Source of the DNA: Candidatus Avispirillum faecium
GTDB lineage: Bacteria > Bacillota > Clostridia > Oscillospirales > CAG-272
Direction of reading: 5' to 3'
Assembly (NCBI GenBank): GCA_904396155.1
Contig: CAJFOI010000044.1
Location: 46,926-110,925, forward strand
DNA length: 64,000 bases
Below are positions 20,601 through 28,281 of the stretch, piece after piece. How positions within the stretch are numbered: the first letter of the stretch is position 1; each line of letters opens with the position of its first letter. Under the pieces are notes generated by a model. The model was not told where the DNA came from, searched no databases, and saw nothing but the letters and a program-made list of their open reading frames with translations. The position numbers were made by a program, and so were the translations under genes.

Positions 20601-21272
20601 CCGCCGGACCGGCGCACCGAACAGAGAGGTAAGAAAATCTCCTGCTCCCGCCTGGGTCTCTTCTGCCCATCGGTGCAGATCGGCTGCGCAAAAACCTTCG
20701 GAAACAACCGTATTTCGCAAAGAGAGAAGCGTCTCATCCAGGGACGCCTCATCCCGCCCGCCGGAAAAGCAGTCCGCCAGCCCCTCAAATCCTGCTTCAT
20801 CCTGTCCTGCCGCAGGAGGCGCGTCAAAAAAATCACTCACGGTCTCCTGCATGGCTTCCTTCTGCAACACCACCGCCTGCGCCTGCTCCATAACGGAAAA
20901 ATCCGGCGGCAGACCGAGTGCGGCATAATAGGGCTGCAGGGCAGAGAGAAGAAAGCTGTGTATGGTGGTGATCCTGGCCCCCGGCAGCATCGTCAGCTCC
21001 CGCAGCAGCCGGCGGTTTCCGGGATCTTCCGCCAGAGCCGCCGTCAGCGCATCCCCGATGCGACTGCGCAGCTCCCCTGCAGCAGCATTGGTAAAGGTGA
21101 CGATCAGCATCCGGGAGAGGCTGGCCGCTGTCGCCGGATCTGTCAAAAGACGGATGATCCGCTGGGTCAGGGTCGCCGTTTTTCCGCTTCCCGCAGCGGC
21201 GGACAAAATAAGGTTGCCTCCCGAAAAATCGATGGCCGCCTGTTGCGATGCAGTCCAAGTCCGCTGTGCCAT
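17691..21272 (-). CDS. addA: helicase-exonuclease AddAB subunit AddA
   Basis: UvrD-type Walker A SAAAGSGKT and a C-terminal RecB nuclease motif GVVDCMFVDE...LLDYKTD. The ATG at 21272 (MAQRTW) sits behind GGAGGAG, 20 nt after the addB stop. Confidence 0.92.
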   Translation of the reverse strand: MAQRTWTASQQAAIDFSGGNLILSAAAGSGKTATLTQRIIRLLTDPATAASLSRMLIVTFTNAAAGELRSRIGDALTAALAEDPGNRRLLRELTMLPGARITTIHSFLLSALQPYYAALGLPPDFSVMEQAQAVVLQKEAMQETVSDFFDAPPAAGQDEAGFEGLADCFSGGRDEASLDETLLSLRNTVVSEGFCAADLHRWAEETQAGAGDFLTSLFGAPVRRQMKRAGAHFQGAFRMLAGELTGCPDTEKYGAVALEEAAFSAALSGAAEKEYGEARAFLKNLVRPRLSPLKAEKQTDAYKRFKETRQAFGEEIRSLVQSFFLPDENGMTGLMEQNAAVARAAARVLAAFEDSYTAKKRELGRVDFADLEVLAKKIFCAPDGTPTQAALETGAGFDYVFIDEYQDTNRIQDQIFSALSVRSRRFMVGDVKQSIYGFRGACPEVFTDYRTQYEAGVGGQAIFMRENFRSGGTVIDFANKISRYIFSAGGTPFDTKDELICAKAEGGLQDLPVEICLVPSPEEEAMGAANPEAEYVAGRIQSILQTETLAGGNPVRPGDIAILLRSGKEAAAFADALSRRGIAVANSASDPFFACSEVILMLCLLNTADNPLRDIYLAGAMKSPLFGFSLDDLIHIRGLDQGPLWYSVRRCAGKATPLGTRCAAFVAQVERWREASRYMRADEILQQIIRDTGFLYYRGDEKRSNTQIRHSLKQLMSHGAACGRQGGGLHDFIRLLSGLMEQKDTGGQPPVEDAVTITTIHRSKGLEYPICFLSDTARRFNTRGAGERVLFSPDMGLSVKLYDPGGLVRCDTPLRQAASMDLRERMLQEEMRVLYVALTRPRERLYITCRAQDPERLLEQTRIRAKEEADAYRLLSSTCLASWILDGAARHVGTGCFRFVTEGQAVSLGTGRQANTASVAPAADQRAWRDTFARRFAFVYPQRHLENIPAKLTVSALKPDILNRQEEASLTIDPAAHSASPSASKEAPLPAFLAGAKQSGAAEAGIATHMYMQFCNLERLMQAGPQAELEHLLEDAFLTREQAKLVRLDEIDAFVRSAIFSRMVHARRLYREFRFNAVLPAARFTTDPVLREKLAASGTDITVQGVVDCMFVDEEERAVLLDYKTDRLTAEERGDPARAAQKLLPRHQRQINLYRELCADMLGRPFDEVYLYSLALGDCIPVPQEIREESKVT

Positions 21273-21292
21273 TATTGCTCCTCCTCTCCTTT

Positions 21293-24200
21293 TTACTCCA
21301 TATGCCTGCACACCGCCCGCATGGGACAACTGTCGCAGGGAAGCCGACTGCCCCGCCGCACTGGTCGGGAACAAGCCTGCCCGCTTTTGAGCCGGCCTGC
21401 CGCCTGCTGCAGAGCACCGATCAGGCCCCGGTAAATCTCCTGAAATTCCTCCCGCGTGGCAAGACTGCTGTGCTTGGAGTAGCTCCCATCCTTATTCTTT
21501 GTCACCGGGATAAATCTGCCGGACACATCCTTGTCCATCGCACGAATGACGTCGTCGTCCCGCAGGATGATTCCGCGGCGGGAAATACTCTGCTTCGCTT
21601 CCTCCCGGGCCGCCGCTTCGTCCAGCGGCACAGGGGAAGATGCTTCTCCCGGGCGAGCGCTGAAATACACCGCGCCTGCCGGCACAAGTTCTTCTCCGAA
21701 AGGAGCCAGTTTCTGATAAAATGGACTGCCATTACTGGCACATATGGAAAAAAGATACAAAAGCAGCTGCACATTGTGTCCTGCCAGAACTTCCTCCAGG
21801 GAAAAATTCTTGCTCCCAGTCTTATAGTCAGCTACCCGAACATACACTTTCCCGTCCCGACGCAGTATATCCAACCGGTCTACGATACCCCGCATGATCA
21901 TCGTATCTGCCCCCTTCAGAGGAATTTGCAGCGCAGGAAGCGTCTCATCAAAGCCTACCGGCAGCTCAAAAGCATAGGGAACAAACTGGGACTGGGCAAA
22001 TTCTTCACTGAGCGACTGGCCGTATAAAATCACACTTCGCTGAAGGCGGCGGAAAAGATAATCCGTCCGCCGGCTGGTGGGCAGCCCCTGACATACCCCG
22101 TCGATATACTGCCGGATCAGCCGCTGGGCGCGGCCGACGATCTTTTCCTTTGGAAGGGGAAATCCATCCTCCATCGACTCCCCCATAAAATCTTCTAAAA
22201 TCTTATGTACGAAATTGCCCACATCCACGGGACGTATCTTTGCTGTCTTGTCCTCATGCAAATGAAGAACATACCGGCAGTAGTAGGAAAACGGGCAGTC
22301 CCCAAAGGTTTCCAGACGGGATTGGGTCATGGAAAGCTTTCCCCCGAACAGCGCCAGCGCTGTATCCTTCTGCACCTGTTCCCTGTCCGCAGACAGATCC
22401 CCGGCGGGGATGTGTACGTCTTCCAGCAGCGCCTCCAGCACACCGCCGGCCGGCGTGTCCGACAAAACGGGAAGCAGCTGGCGCGCCGCCTCCCTGCACC
22501 AGACCATCTCCAATGCATCCGGCCGGGTGACATCTATTATCTGGGAGGAAGGCAAAAGATGCAGGATTCTTGCAACGCCTGAGGAAGGGCGCCAGGCACC
22601 GTCCACACAGGGAACCATCACCGCAAGCGACAGGCGCGGAGCACATACGGCCCGGTAAAAATGGAACAGCGCCTCTCCCTGCCGGGCCGCTGAATCAGGA
22701 GAAAGCTGAATCCCCAGCGCGGCAAGCGTCTCCTTGTCCATGTCCTGAAAAAAGCCGCCCGCACTGGGCGTCGCCGGAAATTCTCCGTAAACTGCGCCGA
22801 GCAGGATCACATGATCTGCATTGTCCAGTCGGATATTGTCCCCACTGCCCAGTACTACGCGGTCGATTCCGTCGGGAATCGTCCCGATGCTGCAAGCTTC
22901 CGCCGTGCGTCGGACCAGTCCGTAGAATCGTGCAGCATCCATGGAAGCATCGGACGCGGCATCTGTTCCTGCGCCTTCAGCGATCGTATCCAAAATATCG
23001 CACAAAACACCCCGGACCTGACGCACCTCCTGTGCGGCAGCCGCATCTCCGCTCTGCTCCAGGCGCTGCGCCTCCGTCTCCAGCTGGGCATATACGTCAA
23101 AATCACACAACAGATGATAGGCCGCGGTACAGACCGTCTGTGCCGTACCGGGAAAAGCGTCGGCAAACGCGTCCAATACCGGAGCGATCTGCGCCCTGGC
23201 CTGGTTTGCCATGGACAGCATTTCCCGGCCCCAGTCGCTGACCGTCTGCGCATATCCGTCCGGGTTCATGTTCCACCCGTCCGGATCGCAAAATCTCCGG
23301 CGGCCCCGAATCTGCCATGTCTCCGTATACTGTTCCAGCGCGTCACAGGCGTCCGCAGGGATCCCCGCAAATCCCGTCTTTGCGCAGGCAATCACATCTT
23401 CGCGTTTCCAACCTCCTGCCACAACAGACGCCGCAGAAAGCAAAAGCCGCACGGCAGGCTGCATCACCGCTGTTTTTTTCCCGGAGAGATAGACGGGGAT
23501 TCCAAGACTGGAAAGAATCGTATCCGTGATGCCCCGACGTGTCTCTATATCGGCGGCAACCACTGCAATTTTCCCGTAAGATGCGCCCGTCTGTACAAGC
23601 TGCTGGATCACGCTGCCGGCGGCATATGCTTCGTCGTAGACGTCTTTGCAGCGAAAAATTTGCACGTTCTCCGCAGATCCCTCATACGGCTGCGCCGTAT
23701 GATCCCACAGGCTGCGCGTCAAAACCCCCAGCGGGCCGGCAACCTTGCAGGGAATCTCCCTGGTCTGTACCTCTCTGCCGCTGACGGCACACAATCTGGC
23801 CATGTCATGGACGAACTTTCGGATGTGCTCCAGGTGCATCTCTCCACCGGCGCTCTTTTCCAGGGGGCAGGCAAAGGTCATGGTAAAGTCCTCCGCCTGG
23901 CGGAGAATCTGCTCCGTGATCCTCTTTTCCCCCGGCGTAAAAGTATAAAAGGAATCTACATACACATCACAGCCCCCAAAGAAATCGTGCCCTTCCAGGG
24001 TCCGTACCAGGGCATCGGGGATCTCCAGAGGATCGTCATAAGCGGTATGAAGCAGGACATCATAAGCGGCAAAGATTGCCGCAAGATCCCGCAGTTTTTC
24101 TGCCAGTCCCTTGTTTTTTCCTTCTGTATCCAGCTGCCTGGCACCATCTTCCAGCATCGCCGGCGTGATCGAATAGGTCTTCAGTTCACTGACCGTTCGC

Positions 24201-24559
24201 AAAAGCAGCGGGATATATCGATCCTCCCGATCTCCTCTCCTGTATATGTGCAAACTGCCCCGAAGTGCGGCCAGTGCATTCCACATGACAAGCGTCTTTT
24301 TTGCATCTGTAATGTAGCGTTTTGCCACACCGCCAAATCGGCGAAAAACGCTGTCCGCAAGACGGGTGAAGCTGACGACCTCTGCCTGAAGCATGGCACA
24401 GGCAGGCAGGGACTGCGCACACCGGCGGTCCCATGTGAGCACCTGCTGCTCCGGTACGATCAAAACCACACGACGACCCTGCTTCAGGGAGCGGCGCATC
24501 CTTTGCAGCACATATTCGCTTTTTTCCCCCGGCCCCAGCCCGAACACAAATTCCGTCAC
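21293..24559 (-). CDS. addB: helicase-exonuclease AddAB subunit AddB
   Basis: C-terminal nuclease motif GIVDRLD...ADYKTG and terminal Cys residues (C..C....C) of the Fe-S staple. The GTG at 24559 lies 7 nt after AAAGGAGG. The track start at 24658 has no SD. Confidence 0.88.
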   Translation of the reverse strand: MTEFVFGLGPGEKSEYVLQRMRRSLKQGRRVVLIVPEQQVLTWDRRCAQSLPACAMLQAEVVSFTRLADSVFRRFGGVAKRYITDAKKTLVMWNALAALRGSLHIYRRGDREDRYIPLLLRTVSELKTYSITPAMLEDGARQLDTEGKNKGLAEKLRDLAAIFAAYDVLLHTAYDDPLEIPDALVRTLEGHDFFGGCDVYVDSFYTFTPGEKRITEQILRQAEDFTMTFACPLEKSAGGEMHLEHIRKFVHDMARLCAVSGREVQTREIPCKVAGPLGVLTRSLWDHTAQPYEGSAENVQIFRCKDVYDEAYAAGSVIQQLVQTGASYGKIAVVAADIETRRGITDTILSSLGIPVYLSGKKTAVMQPAVRLLLSAASVVAGGWKREDVIACAKTGFAGIPADACDALEQYTETWQIRGRRRFCDPDGWNMNPDGYAQTVSDWGREMLSMANQARAQIAPVLDAFADAFPGTAQTVCTAAYHLLCDFDVYAQLETEAQRLEQSGDAAAAQEVRQVRGVLCDILDTIAEGAGTDAASDASMDAARFYGLVRRTAEACSIGTIPDGIDRVVLGSGDNIRLDNADHVILLGAVYGEFPATPSAGGFFQDMDKETLAALGIQLSPDSAARQGEALFHFYRAVCAPRLSLAVMVPCVDGAWRPSSGVARILHLLPSSQIIDVTRPDALEMVWCREAARQLLPVLSDTPAGGVLEALLEDVHIPAGDLSADREQVQKDTALALFGGKLSMTQSRLETFGDCPFSYYCRYVLHLHEDKTAKIRPVDVGNFVHKILEDFMGESMEDGFPLPKEKIVGRAQRLIRQYIDGVCQGLPTSRRTDYLFRRLQRSVILYGQSLSEEFAQSQFVPYAFELPVGFDETLPALQIPLKGADTMIMRGIVDRLDILRRDGKVYVRVADYKTGSKNFSLEEVLAGHNVQLLLYLFSICASNGSPFYQKLAPFGEELVPAGAVYFSARPGEASSPVPLDEAAAREEAKQSISRRGIILRDDDVIRAMDKDVSGRFIPVTKNKDGSYSKHSSLATREEFQEIYRGLIGALQQAAGRLKSGQACSRPVRRGSRLPCDSCPMRAVCRHME

Positions 24560-24652
24560 GGCCGCCCCTCCTTTTGTACTTATTTTATTATACAATATAT
24601 TGTCCACCGAATCAACTGCCCCGGACGGCTGGGACAAATTTTTCGTTACATC

Positions 24653-24681
24653 TTGCAAAAGACTACACTTTATGCTATACT
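24653..24681 (+). promoter_or_regulatory. sigma-A type promoter for gene 24757..25317
   Basis: TTGCAA (24653-24658), 17-nt spacer, TATACT (24676-24681). Confidence 0.55.
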
Positions 24682-24756
24682 ACTATTTAGAATCACAAAA
24701 AGCGGGGACTGAACGGAGATGCCCGCAAATTCGAAGAAAGGCGTGGAAATTATATT

Positions 24757-25317
24757 ATGGCTACATACCATGATGGGGCGGAGATCGACCGCTCGGTAAA
24801 TTCGATCAATTACACAGAATTTACTGTAAAAAAGAAAGCGGAAGGTGCGCTTCTCCTAACCAAAATCGGATTGATCGTACTGTACATTGCAGTTATCGTA
24901 GGGTTTTTCATGTGGCTCTGGTATGCCGGAGCGCTCAGTGCCGTGATCGTCGCAATCGTTTGGTTTTTCACCTGGCCGTACGTCAACATCGAGTATGAGT
25001 ACACCACCGCCTCCGGCGATCTCCAGTTTACCAAAATCTACGGCGGAAAAAAGCGCAAGCTGGTTTTGGAAAAGAAAATCAAAGACATGGAGCTGATCGC
25101 TCCCTACACCAGCGAATATACAGACAAATATCCCGTCATTGCGAAAACATACGATTTCCGCAAAAGTGTCAAGCAGACGGAAGACGTGTATTTCGCCGTA
25201 TTTGATGAAAAGGGAGAAAAGCACCGGATCCTGTTCCAGTGCACCAACAAAGCGCTGAAAATTTTTGAAAAATACAACAAAGAAAATACCGTCGCTACAG
25301 ACACGCTTCATTATTGA
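24757..25317 (+). CDS. hypothetical membrane protein (two TM helices)
   Basis: 186-aa ORF with good C/G-ending codon bias. I recall this as a widespread Clostridial DUF (possibly DUF6106) but cannot verify that here. Confidence 0.6.
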   Translation: MATYHDGAEIDRSVNSINYTEFTVKKKAEGALLLTKIGLIVLYIAVIVGFFMWLWYAGALSAVIVAIVWFFTWPYVNIEYEYTTASGDLQFTKIYGGKKRKLVLEKKIKDMELIAPYTSEYTDKYPVIAKTYDFRKSVKQTEDVYFAVFDEKGEKHRILFQCTNKALKIFEKYNKENTVATDTLHY

Positions 25318-25336
25318 TCCAGTTCTAAACACACAT

Positions 25337-25375
25337 CACCCCCGCATATATTCCTTTGAAATATATGCGGGGGTG
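25337..25375 (+). terminator. strong hairpin after gene 24757..25317
   Basis: CACCCCCGCATATAT-9 nt-ATATATGCGGGGGTG: a 15-bp perfect stem. The T tract after it is weak. Confidence 0.6.
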
Positions 25376-25382
25376 AACTGTT

Positions 25383-25919
25383 TTGAAAAGGCACATGTGC
25401 CCACTTGTCATCTTGCTGTTTGCCGCGCTGTTTCTAAGTGCCTGCAGCAGCAAAGACAGCGATGCGGTGCTCTGGTATCAGGAAGGTCCGGCGGAAATTT
25501 GCGGCACACTCCAGGGAGAAAGCGGCACGTATACAATCACCCTTTCTTTGGAGCGAAGAAAAACAGACGGCACGCGAGATGTCACGTTGACTTACCAGGA
25601 GCCGGAAGAACTGGCAGGCATGGTTTTTCGTCTGCGCGGGGAAGAGATCTTTGCCGTTTACGACACGGTGGAGATTCCTCTCTCGACAGACGCGGCCGGA
25701 AAGCTTTTTGCCCCGGCAGATCTGTTCTCTCTGCGGGAAGAGGACATTACAGAAATCCAAAAGGGGGAGGCCGGAGAAACGATCATCCGTCTTGTCAGAG
25801 GCCAGGATCACTGGGAGGTTTCCACGGATGCGGAAGGGCTTCCCACAAGCATTACCGCCACGGCGGGGGGACGCGATCTTTCCCTTACCGTCACCTCTTT
25901 TGTACAAACAGATGCATGA
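25383..25919 (+). CDS. hypothetical lipoprotein
   Basis: Signal peptide with lipobox (LFLSAC). The start may be the TTG at 25383 or the ATG at 25395. No family recognised. Confidence 0.6.
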   Translation: MKRHMCPLVILLFAALFLSACSSKDSDAVLWYQEGPAEICGTLQGESGTYTITLSLERRKTDGTRDVTLTYQEPEELAGMVFRLRGEEIFAVYDTVEIPLSTDAAGKLFAPADLFSLREEDITEIQKGEAGETIIRLVRGQDHWEVSTDAEGLPTSITATAGGRDLSLTVTSFVQTDA

Positions 25920-25950
25920 AAGCCCCGCTGCAATTATGCAGCGGGGCTTT
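25919..25950. terminator. bidirectional intrinsic terminator
   Basis: AAAGCCCCGCTGCA-ATTA-TGCAGCGGGGCTTT: a 14-bp stem between the convergent genes 25383..25919 and mazF. Confidence 0.75.
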
Positions 25951-25969
25951 ACCCGTACAGGCGCGGGGC

Positions 25970-26383
25970 TCAGCCTGTAATTTCCACAGGTGCAGTGTCC
26001 GCCCCTACGCCGCCGTTGACGTTCAGTCCAAAACTGACGGAGATGGCCGCATCTACAGCCTGCATCATATGGTCGTCCAAATGTCCCATTTTTTCCTTCA
26101 GCCTACGCTTGTCTATGGTACGGATCTGCTCCAGCAGCACGACGGAATCCCGCTGCAGACCAGCTTTTTCCCCGTACACATCGATATGCGTAGGCAGCCG
26201 GGTCTTCCCCAGCTTACTGGTGATCGCGGCGGCTATCACGGTGGGGCTGTACTTGTTTCCCACATCGTTCTGTACAATCAGGACAGGGCGAAGCCCGCCC
26301 TGCTCACTTCCTACCACCGGGCTGAGATCCGCATAATATATATCCCCGCGTTTGACTGTCACGTTATCACTCTCCGTTATCAT
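25970..26383 (-). CDS. mazF: PemK/MazF family endoribonuclease toxin
   Basis: [47 protein letters not shown]...LPTH is near-identical in pattern to the Firmicute EndoA/MazF. Confidence 0.9.
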   Translation of the reverse strand: MITESDNVTVKRGDIYYADLSPVVGSEQGGLRPVLIVQNDVGNKYSPTVIAAAITSKLGKTRLPTHIDVYGEKAGLQRDSVVLLEQIRTIDKRRLKEKMGHLDDHMMQAVDAAISVSFGLNVNGGVGADTAPVEITG

Positions 26384-26569
26384 AAACTTCCTTGCATTTC
26401 TGTTTTTAGTATTTCCGCATAGGGCGCGGTTTTAATCATAAACGGAGAAATTTTTCTTTCGTATTACCGGCAGCAAGCCGCAATACGGTCTGTCCCGTTT
26501 CTTTCCTTTCTCACGCCCCGATATCATCATATTCCAAAAAATCTCCCCCCGTGCATGGCCGGTCCGATA

Positions 26570-26598
26570 TTGACAAAGAAAGCCGGCCGGGGTATAAT
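26570..26598 (+). promoter_or_regulatory. sigma-A type promoter of the YD-like protein operon
   Basis: Exact consensus: TTGACA (26570-26575), 17-nt spacer, TATAAT (26593-26598). Confidence 0.7.
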
Positions 26599-26646
26599 GA
26601 CCATAAAGAAATTGTGCGGCATTGCCTGGAAAGGACCGTGACCTGT

Positions 26647-27255
26647 ATGAAAAAAAGCACGATGATTCTTCTCGCCGTCCTGGCGGTTTTGTTGATTGGG
26701 GCTGCCGCCTTCTGTGCAGTCTTTCTTTTTACGACACGGTCGGATCCCCCGTCCGCCGATACAGAATCCTCTGCAGTGGAAACCGTGCATGAAAGTACAG
26801 AGTACAAATACAACGAGGACGGACAAGTCTCTCAGATTTTGTACTACGAGAACGATGTGCTTCAGGGAAGCACCGATTATGTATACATGGACGATTATAC
26901 CTGCATCGTCTACTTCGATGGAGACAACCAGCAGACGGGATATGAGCAGACCTATCACAATGCGCTGCAAAATCCTACAAAATACATAAAAAACGAGGGG
27001 GGCACCCTCGTAGAGTCTATTGAATACGATTACTATGACGACCTCGCCACCCTGCAGAAAAAGACCACAAAAACCTATACCGACGGGATCGAGTATGCCG
27101 AAAAGGAATACTACGACGAGGAAGGGCGCCTGACGCGCAAATGTACCTATGAAGACGGAAACACCGTCAGCGACATCACCTACACATACGATGCAAACGG
27201 GGAGATCGCAGACAGCGCACCTACAGAGGAAGGGGAGGAAACCGATGCCCCGTAA
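26647..27255 (+). CDS. membrane-anchored protein with YD-repeat-like units
   Basis: The ATG at 26647 (MKKSTMILLAVLAVLLIG) is in frame with track ORF 26551. Units are of the type Y.YDeeGRL / YTYDANGEI. Confidence 0.65.
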   Translation: MKKSTMILLAVLAVLLIGAAAFCAVFLFTTRSDPPSADTESSAVETVHESTEYKYNEDGQVSQILYYENDVLQGSTDYVYMDDYTCIVYFDGDNQQTGYEQTYHNALQNPTKYIKNEGGTLVESIEYDYYDDLATLQKKTTKTYTDGIEYAEKEYYDEEGRLTRKCTYEDGNTVSDITYTYDANGEIADSAPTEEGEETDAP

Positions 27256-28090
27256 ATTTCAGTGTGCCCTGGCCGTTCTGCTTTGCCTTCTCGGTCTTGT
27301 TTCCTGCAAATCCGAGAACTCCAAAACTGAGGAGACAGAAGCGGTGACAACAGACGGCGTCGCTTATGAATACAGCGCAGGGGGAAAGGTTCTATCCGCC
27401 GTCACCTATGAGGGCGGCAAGGAAGTAAGCCGCATCGAGTACGATTACTGGCCCGAGGGCGGCGTGCGCGCCATTGCGTTTTTAGAAGGAGATGAGACCG
27501 TAGAATCCTGGAATTTTATTTATGGAGACGACGATGTCACCGTGCGCCGCAGAGTACGGGAGTACACAGAGGATGGCCTTTCCTGCTCCGATATATACGA
27601 TTACGACGAAGCAGGCAAGCTTTTGAAAATGTCCACCTATGAGGAAGATGTGTACTGCGGCAGCTATCAGTACACCTACAATGAAGACGGAGAAGTGTCT
27701 TACAGCTGTCAGACAGACCCGGGGGACAATGTAATCAACTACACGGAATACACCTTCAACGAGGATGGCACCACCCAGGCGGGATATTATTACGAATACG
27801 GCAGTCTTGCCCGGTACTGGACAAATGCCTATGAAAACGGAAAGATTGCCTCTGTCACCTTTTACGACAGAGAGGACACCCTTTTGTCTCATACGGAATA
27901 TCAGTACAACAGTGCAGGGGAAGTTTACAGAACCCTGTTCTACGACGACGCCGAGACACTGCTCGGGTATATGGAGTCTTTGTACAACGACGCAGGCGTC
28001 CATTACAGAGACATATATTATGAAGACGGCCAGCCGGTTTATGGCTACAACTATACAGAAGAGGGAATCTCCACATATTTTGAATACTGA
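27245..28090 (+). CDS. lipoprotein with YD-repeat-like units (paralogue of the upstream gene)
   Basis: The ATG at 27245 overlaps the upstream gene's 3' end by 11 nt. Lipobox LGLVSC. There are about 10 units of the type YDYDEAGKLL / YTYNEDGEV / YQYNSAGEV. Confidence 0.7.
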   Translation: MPRKFQCALAVLLCLLGLVSCKSENSKTEETEAVTTDGVAYEYSAGGKVLSAVTYEGGKEVSRIEYDYWPEGGVRAIAFLEGDETVESWNFIYGDDDVTVRRRVREYTEDGLSCSDIYDYDEAGKLLKMSTYEEDVYCGSYQYTYNEDGEVSYSCQTDPGDNVINYTEYTFNEDGTTQAGYYYEYGSLARYWTNAYENGKIASVTFYDREDTLLSHTEYQYNSAGEVYRTLFYDDAETLLGYMESLYNDAGVHYRDIYYEDGQPVYGYNYTEEGISTYFEY

Positions 28091-28111
28091 TTTTTCAGTC
28101 GGTTATTTCTG

Positions 28112-28212
28112 ACAATCCCTCACCCGCTTCGCGGGAGCTCCCTTTACACAAGGGAGCCTATGCCCGGCTCAGCCTCCTCTGTGGAGGACTTGCTGCGCAA
28201 GTCCTGGGGTGG
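28112..28212. repeat. two convergent copies of the double-hairpin intergenic repeat
   Basis: The 28112-28158 (+) copy reads ACAATCCCTCACCCGCTTCGCGGGAGCTCCCTTTACACAAGGGAGCC. The 28172-28212 (-) copy is degenerate (GCCTCCTCTGTGGAGGACTTGCTGCGCAAGTCCTGGGGTGG). Confidence 0.75.
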
Positions 28213-28235
28213 CGGCACAGCGAAACGAAACTGCG

Positions 28236-28264
28236 ACGGAGGGGTGTAGCAAACACCCCTCCGT
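28236..28264. terminator. intrinsic terminator hairpin between convergent genes
   Basis: ACGGAGGGGTG-TAGCAAA-CACCCCTCCGT followed by CTCTTTT. It sits 17 nt from the fprA stop at 28282. Confidence 0.7.
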
Positions 28265-28281
28265 CTCTTTTGAATCAATCG

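Noticed and set aside
19143-24712. 763-aa (19143..21434) and 633-aa (22811..24712) plus-strand ORFs.
   Set aside because: They are antisense shadows of addA and addB, explained by the same codon-bias effect. They have no SD and no recognisable domains.
26380-26439. 19-codon ORF overlapping the mazF start, considered as a possible antitoxin.
   Set aside because: It is far shorter than any MazE/RHH antitoxin, has no SD and has no DNA-binding motif. I kept it only as a note inside the orphan-mazF finding.
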